From an uncultured euryarchaeote (GTDB taxonomy: Archaea; Thermoplasmatota; Poseidoniia; Poseidoniales; Poseidoniaceae), in contig CAXCCF010000001.1 in NCBI GenBank assembly GCA_963981035.1, forward strand, positions 90,572 through 154,571: DNA of 64,000 nt, written 5' to 3'. The translations under genes and the position numbers were made by a program. The notes beneath the pieces are model-generated. The model was given only the letters and a program-made list of their open reading frames with translations, was not told where the DNA came from and did not search any database. Below are positions 58,677-64,000 of this stretch, piece by piece. Position 1 is the stretch's first letter. The number at the start of each line of letters is the position of its first letter.

Positions 58677-59933
58677 TTATTCCGCTTCAACGCGAGTATT
58701 CATTTCTGAATTATAACATTCATTGAGAAGATCTTGGTTTCTAAATGTCACAATGAAACCAAATAATGCGGGAACACAAAGCAACCCCAATGCAATCGGC
58801 CATGAATGTGACAAGTCATACATCGGACCAACTATTAGTGGACCTACAATTGTGCCTGCTGCCCAAGCGGTACCAAATGCTCCAAAAGCCAATCCAGGAT
58901 TTCCAGAACCATATGCTTGATTTGCAGCAGCATCTATCATCGTTAGCATTGGAATTTGTGTAGCGGCAATAGCAAATTGGTATATTCCAAGCATCAGAAT
59001 CATCGCTATTATCGCCTGTTTTCCAGATAATTGAAGCCCTAATACCCCTACAAGAGCCAATGAAATTGTTACTACCATCCAACCCATTAGCATATATCTA
59101 GTAGGTCCATTTTTGTCAACAAGTTTTCCCCAAAACAATGATCCCATGCCTTGAGTGAATACCATTACCAATAAGACACCTCCAATCGCTGCTGGTTTCA
59201 AACCGAGTTTCTCATCAAGGAATAACGGACCTCCGGCTTCCAATGCTCCTGTCGCTAGGGTGGTGATTGCAATCAATATTCCAACCCGTAATAGGACAGG
59301 GTTAGTGATGAAAACCTTTAGAGGAATATTTCCTTGACTTGTTCCTTTAGAATCTCCGATAACTGAAGAAGAATACCATACTACAGGAACTGCAGAAATG
59401 GTTACCAGAGAAAGTACAACAAAGGCAACTGAATCAAAGTATTGGAATAGAACGCCACCAAGAACTGGCCCTAATAACCCTCCAATCGCCGCCATAGCGA
59501 TTAATTTTCCAGCCTGTTCTCCAAATTTGTTTGGCCAAAGTTGCGAAGCAGATGCTAGACAAGCCGTCATTACTGCTGCGCCTGATGCTCCATGTAGTAA
59601 TCTAGCACCTGCAAGAATGTAGAAAGCATTAGGCAGTAACTCCTCTGTCGCAACCAAATACATCAACGCTGATGCAGATAACAGTACTAATGAGATTAGA
59701 ATGGTTTTTCCACATCCAATTCTATCGGTTAGACGTCCAGTTAATGGCCCCAGTAAAAACATTGGAACCGCCCAAATTGAGACTAATAAGGTGGCCTGAG
59801 TAGCACTAAAACCGAATTGTTGTTGCCATGATGGCAAAATCGGCACAATAAATGCATACCCAAGATAATCAACGAATAATGCCATTATCAATGCTGGAAA
59901 TGCAAGAGCGACCTTTCTTTGATGAGTTGTCAT
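58677..59933 (-). CDS. MFS transporter (12 TM)
   Basis: IVPILP, GRLTDRIG, ARLLHG, GPVLGG; ATGA overlap with the upstream receiver gene. Confidence 0.9.
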   Translation of the reverse strand: MTTHQRKVALAFPALIMALFVDYLGYAFIVPILPSWQQQFGFSATQATLLVSIWAVPMFLLGPLTGRLTDRIGCGKTILISLVLLSASALMYLVATEELLPNAFYILAGARLLHGASGAAVMTACLASASQLWPNKFGEQAGKLIAMAAIGGLLGPVLGGVLFQYFDSVAFVVLSLVTISAVPVVWYSSSVIGDSKGTSQGNIPLKVFITNPVLLRVGILIAITTLATGALEAGGPLFLDEKLGLKPAAIGGVLLVMVFTQGMGSLFWGKLVDKNGPTRYMLMGWMVVTISLALVGVLGLQLSGKQAIIAMILMLGIYQFAIAATQIPMLTMIDAAANQAYGSGNPGLAFGAFGTAWAAGTIVGPLIVGPMYDLSHSWPIALGLLCVPALFGFIVTFRNQDLLNECYNSEMNTRVEAE

Positions 59934-61012
59934 TCCTCTTCCTCCTGCACGGGTAAGGAGTCGAGTACTTCCTTGGTTAATTTTGCAGCATCTTCAATTT
60001 GAGTCATCAATGTCAAATCAGAAACCGCACCTGGACGACCAAGACTCCACATCAGTTCATGAATTATCTCAGTAGTCAATCTAGTCATTTTGAGGACCTG
60101 TGGGTCGATTAATACCTTCGTTTCATCTTCAAGAATTGAAAAATATTCAGGCTCTTCATCGAGTATTGAATCCATAATATCAATTATTTCTTCCTCAATT
60201 CCATCTGCTTGGTTTTGCAAAATATCTTCCATTGAAGAACTAGTTTTGATATTCTTTGTGGGTTTTGCCCCGCCACCAAGAGTTTTTCTTCCTTTGCTCA
60301 TTTGTTTGAATGAAGGTACTGCTGATGTATCTTTACCAGGTTCATTTTCAGCTTCACTTGGTTGATCTTCGGATGGAATATCACTGGCTTCTCCAACCAA
60401 TCTGTTTAGCGCAACCCTTAGCATAGAGGACATCATTGACAAATCAACATCTTCTTCAACTTCTATTCCTTCTTCTCCCAATTGTTGTAATATTTCATTA
60501 ATGAAATCTGCATTGATTTTTTCGGGGCTAACTAATCCTTTCAGCATTGGAAGAGCCCATTTTCCATCCCCCATCACCATTCCAACGTTGAAAGTTCCTC
60601 CACCTCCAATTCCGCTATCAATATCGGCTGGCGGTGGAACAAATTGTTTCCTAGAATGTTTTCCGATTTGTTCAATCAGTGTAGGCATATCAATCGGCTT
60701 TGACATCACTTCGGCGATTCCTGCCTTGGCTGCAGAAGAGAGATAATCATCATTCACATTACGCGATAATACTACGATGCGGCATTTGAATGCAAATTCG
60801 GGGTCGCTCATCAAGCGTTGACTAGCATCGATTGCATCCCCCGTACTCCAATCACCTTCCAGTAATACTACCTCTGGCATCGTTGCTAATGCTGTGCCTT
60901 CTGCTTGACGCAGAGTGCTAGCCCTTGTAATGTCAAAACCCTCTCTTTCCAATGAATTTGCTAATAGAGCGCGGCGACCTTCATTTTCATCTGCAACAAT
61001 TACCTTTGCCAT
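59930..61012 (-). CDS. Atypical receiver-domain protein with acidic C-terminal region
   Basis: CheY-like pattern KVIVADE...PEVVLLE...VVLS...MSKP; Glu at the phosphoacceptor position. Confidence 0.75.
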   Translation of the reverse strand: MAKVIVADENEGRRALLANSLEREGFDITRASTLRQAEGTALATMPEVVLLEGDWSTGDAIDASQRLMSDPEFAFKCRIVVLSRNVNDDYLSSAAKAGIAEVMSKPIDMPTLIEQIGKHSRKQFVPPPADIDSGIGGGGTFNVGMVMGDGKWALPMLKGLVSPEKINADFINEILQQLGEEGIEVEEDVDLSMMSSMLRVALNRLVGEASDIPSEDQPSEAENEPGKDTSAVPSFKQMSKGRKTLGGGAKPTKNIKTSSSMEDILQNQADGIEEEIIDIMDSILDEEPEYFSILEDETKVLIDPQVLKMTRLTTEIIHELMWSLGRPGAVSDLTLMTQIEDAAKLTKEVLDSLPVQEEEE

Positions 61013-61151
61013 GAAATCACCTCTTCAACCCCTATGGGTAGGCAACCAGCCTTCAAACTCTTCCCTTGAAATGCAGATTCTATGCAGTTTGTTGAAGGCG
61101 TTCAACAAAGCCAATTAACGACGTGGTATTTTTCCGCCACTTCTCACAACC

Positions 61152-62333
61152 TCAATTTACGATTTCATCAGGCTTAGCCGCATGCCATGCCATGATTCCA
61201 CCACTTAGGTTGTATAGCCTTGAAGAATCAAAGCCAGATTGTGTAAGAAGCATTATTGCCATTTCAGATCTCATTCCAGCTTTGCAGTAAACCAAAATAT
61301 CTCTATCCGCAGGTAAATCATTCATTATTGATTGAACTCGACTGTGTTCAACATTTAGGTCAACTGTTGCAATTCTTGCTTGGTCATATTCCATATCAGA
61401 ACGAACATCTAAGATAAATGGCTCCCAACCATTCTCTTTCTTTCGCAGCACTTCTGACATACTAATTTCGGTATACATTATTTCTTCTGTGATGGCCTTT
61501 GCCTTTTGAACCCCTTGCCCATTGTCAATATCAATTTTCACTTCCGGGTCCCTACACCAATGACTAGATTCGAACATTTCAGTGACCGTTTTCAAATCTA
61601 AAATAGGCTCTCTGCCTACATCTTTTGAATATTTCAAAATATTGAAATCCATTCTTTCAGCATCATAAATCAACAAGCGCCCTGACAAAGATTCTCCAAT
61701 ATCCAAAATTATCTTTATCGCCTCCGTAGCTTGTATTGAACCAATAACTCCAGGTAATACCCCCAGAACACCTCCTTGTTCGCAATTAGGAACTGCATCT
61801 GCGGGTGGTGCTTCTGGGAATAAATCGCGGTAACATGGACCGTCATTGTTGTTAAACACTGTAACTTGACCTTCAAAGCGGTGAATTGAACCATAAACCC
61901 AAGGTAATCCCAGTATTGAACAAGCATCATCTATCAAATAGCGAGTAGGAATATTATCTGTACCATCAATAACTACATCCCAACTTTGTTGCATAATTTG
62001 TAAAGCATTATCGGGATTAAGACGCTCTTCTATAGAAATTACTTGTATTGATGGGTCTAGTGAATTGATACTTTCCATTGCTGATTTTGACTTCGATTGA
62101 TCTACTTTATTTGTATTATGAATTATTTGTCTTTGCAAATTTGATATTTCCACTACATCATCATCAATAATACCTAATTTACCAATTCCAGCCGCTGCTA
62201 AATACAGCAATGCTGGACTTCCCAATCCACCTGCTCCAACGACAAGAACACTAGCATCTGCTAATTTTTGCTGGCCTTTGAGACCTACTTGCGGCAACGC
62301 GATATGTCGCGCATGACGTGAAAGGTCGACCAT
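61152..62333 (-). CDS. moeB: MoeB/ThiF adenylyltransferase fused to rhodanese (MoeZ-like)
   Basis: VVGAGGLGSP, SNLQRQ, DGTDN, PNCEQGGVLG, DVRS, YCKAGMRS. Start moved to ATG 62333. Confidence 0.9.
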   Translation of the reverse strand: MVDLSRHARHIALPQVGLKGQQKLADASVLVVGAGGLGSPALLYLAAAGIGKLGIIDDDVVEISNLQRQIIHNTNKVDQSKSKSAMESINSLDPSIQVISIEERLNPDNALQIMQQSWDVVIDGTDNIPTRYLIDDACSILGLPWVYGSIHRFEGQVTVFNNNDGPCYRDLFPEAPPADAVPNCEQGGVLGVLPGVIGSIQATEAIKIILDIGESLSGRLLIYDAERMDFNILKYSKDVGREPILDLKTVTEMFESSHWCRDPEVKIDIDNGQGVQKAKAITEEIMYTEISMSEVLRKKENGWEPFILDVRSDMEYDQARIATVDLNVEHSRVQSIMNDLPADRDILVYCKAGMRSEMAIMLLTQSGFDSSRLYNLSGGIMAWHAAKPDEIVN

Positions 62334-62394
62334 GTGCTGTCCAACATCAACATAGCAATGAAGCCGTCGCCGAAAAATAAACGAAAAATATTGC

Positions 62395-63324
62395 TCAATG
62401 TACGGTTTCTTCAAGCCACTTCTCAACATCTATTGCAGCCTGACAACCCATTCCAGCCGCAGTAATCGCTTGTTTGTAACGAGTATCTACTACATCACCT
62501 GCGGCAAAAACACCTTCAACTGAAGTCATTGTATGTTTCTTGTGAACAATATACCCCTCATTATCGGTTTCAACCTGCCCATTTAGGAATGAAGTTATCG
62601 GAGTGTGCCCAATAGCAATGAATGCTCCAGTTGCTGAAATTGTTTCGGTTGAACCATCACGAGGATCTTCTAGAATTGCTCCTGTTAAGCCCTTTTCATC
62701 ACTTAACCACTCCTTAATTTGCCTAAATGTTTTGACTTCAATCTTATCGTTATTTACTGCACGATCATACATTATTGTTGATGCCTTGAATACATCTCTA
62801 CGATGGATGAGGGTTACTTTGCTTGCGAATCTAGTCAAGAAAGTTGCTTCTTCACAAGCGGAATCTCCTCCTCCAATTACCAATACCTCTTCATCTCTGA
62901 AGAAAGCACCATCGCAGGTCGCACATGTTGAGATTCCACGACCCTTCTGTTCTTCTTCACCTTTAGCTCCAAGCCATATTGACTCTGCTCCAGTTGAAAC
63001 GATTATCGCATGAGTCAAAAAGGTCTCTCCTTCAACCACTACTTTGTATGGCTTTTCGGATAGGTCTACTGACTCAACATTTCTATCCTCGACCGACAAG
63101 CCAAAGCGTTCTGCTTGCTCCCTTAATTCCATCATCATCTCAGGGCCAGCAATACCCTTTGGATAGCCTGGGAAGTTCTCTATGTCGCTAGTAAGCATTA
63201 ACTGACCACCGGACATATATCCTGCGAACATCAATGGATCTAACATTGCTCTAGCCGCGTATAATCCTGCAGTATAGCCGGCAGGGCCGGAACCAATAAT
63301 AATGACATTTCTAATTTCAGACAT
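62395..63324 (-). CDS. trxB: Thioredoxin reductase
   Basis: IIGSGPAGYTA, CATCDG, GGGDSA, HRRD, FAAGDV. Confidence 0.96.
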   Translation of the reverse strand: MSEIRNVIIIGSGPAGYTAGLYAARAMLDPLMFAGYMSGGQLMLTSDIENFPGYPKGIAGPEMMMELREQAERFGLSVEDRNVESVDLSEKPYKVVVEGETFLTHAIIVSTGAESIWLGAKGEEEQKGRGISTCATCDGAFFRDEEVLVIGGGDSACEEATFLTRFASKVTLIHRRDVFKASTIMYDRAVNNDKIEVKTFRQIKEWLSDEKGLTGAILEDPRDGSTETISATGAFIAIGHTPITSFLNGQVETDNEGYIVHKKHTMTSVEGVFAAGDVVDTRYKQAITAAGMGCQAAIDVEKWLEETVH

Positions 63325-63334
63325 ATAATCACCT

Positions 63335-63356
63335 TGTTAGGGAATGTTCCCAAACA
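63335..63356. promoter_or_regulatory. 22-bp dyad (candidate operator) upstream of trxB
   Basis: TGTTAGGGAA-TG-TTCCCAAACA: 9 of 10 positions complementary, 2-nt spacer. Confidence 0.45.
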
Positions 63357-63428
63357 TAGGCACTCTTTCAATGTTGACTTTGATTTCGATTACAATTTCT
63401 TCTAAAAGTATAGAAAAATCGCAACACA

Positions 63429-63824
63429 TCATAGCATTTCACTAATGCATGCGATTGCTGCTCTAGCGTGAGGTTCAATTCTCGGTTCAATATGCTGTGG
63501 TTTGGCACCAGGTCCAATTATCCCCAAGCCAATTGGTTTGTCGTGCTTTAATTGTAAATCAACTATTGCTTTAGTAACTGCTTGCCCCATCGCTAAACCA
63601 TGTTTTGTTTGTCCTTTCTCAATAATTCCCAAACATGCAGCTGCAGCGATTTCATCCTTCCTAAGTTGTCTATCAATCGCGAGAGGTATTTCCATTGAAC
63701 CGGGAACCCAAACGACTTCAGCAATTTCCAAACCTAAGGTTTCGGCTTCTTGTTGTGCATATTCAAGCATTTTAGTAATCTCTTCCTTATGGAAAGAGCC
63801 GCAAATTATAGAAATTTTCGCCAT
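63429..63824 (-). CDS. ribH: 6,7-dimethyl-8-ribityllumazine synthase
   Basis: VPGSMEIP, LGIIEKGQTKH, KPIGLGIIGPG. Start at ATG 63824. Confidence 0.9.
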   Translation of the reverse strand: MAKISIICGSFHKEEITKMLEYAQQEAETLGLEIAEVVWVPGSMEIPLAIDRQLRKDEIAAAACLGIIEKGQTKHGLAMGQAVTKAIVDLQLKHDKPIGLGIIGPGAKPQHIEPRIEPHARAAIACISEML

Positions 63825-63828
63825 GGTA

Positions 63829-63999
63829 TCACTTCTCCGCAAGTATTCTCTCTACTGTGGAAACAATTGTTTGTGTGTTTGAATCTATCTCAATGTTAAC
63901 AGCATCTCCTTCACTTTTCGCACCTAAGGTAGTCATGCGAAGTGTCTCTGGAATTAGATGAAGTTCGAAGACATTTGATTGGACTGCTCCGATGGTTAA
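63829..63999 (-). CDS. ribE: Riboflavin synthase, bacterial alpha-chain type (3' end only)
   Basis: Not in the ORF track. Reads LTIGAVQSNVFELHLIPETLRMTTLG...GDAVNIEID...; directly upstream of ribH. Confidence 0.85.
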   Translation of the reverse strand, partial: LTIGAVQSNVFELHLIPETLRMTTLGAKSEGDAVNIEIDSNTQTIVSTVERILAEK

Positions 64000-64000
64000 T

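Noticed and set aside
1-64000. CRISPR arrays, IS elements, prophage, rRNA, recoding or pseudogenes
   Set aside because: None seen: coding density is near complete, recognised genes appear full length, and no spaced repeats were noticed by eye.

Overview
A gene-dense, low-GC archaeal chromosome segment. The A/V-type ATP synthase operon, rpoK, purP, the DKFP-type shikimate genes, GHMP shikimate kinase, GGTGA-type ribosome-binding sites, heme A/O synthesis, secreted S8 peptidases and several bacterial-type genes point to a Marine Group II euryarchaeon (Ca. Poseidoniales); this assignment is inferred from gene content, not from a search. About 50 CDS and one tRNA-Ser(GCT) are supported. I saw no CRISPR array, integrase, transposase or rRNA. 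The most notable items are: (1) a three-gene molybdenum hydroxylase carrying 4-hydroxybenzoyl-CoA reductase (HcrCAB)-like signatures in an apparently aerobic archaeon, with xdhC, mocA and moeZ elsewhere in the window; (2) a recurring non-canonical promoter-position element YT[C/G]A[A/T] 27-31 nt upstream of apparently leaderless genes, one copy of which appears shared by two divergent genes; (3) a KaiC-like triad (one intact, two degenerate ATPases) downstream of a pilin-like lamin-tail-domain gene; (4) a PlsC/GPAT-type acyltransferase; (5) an orphan pseudo-receiver protein coupled to an MFS transporter. Several start codons were moved from the ORF track using RBS position, overlaps and promoter spacing. 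All protein calls rest on motif recognition by eye.
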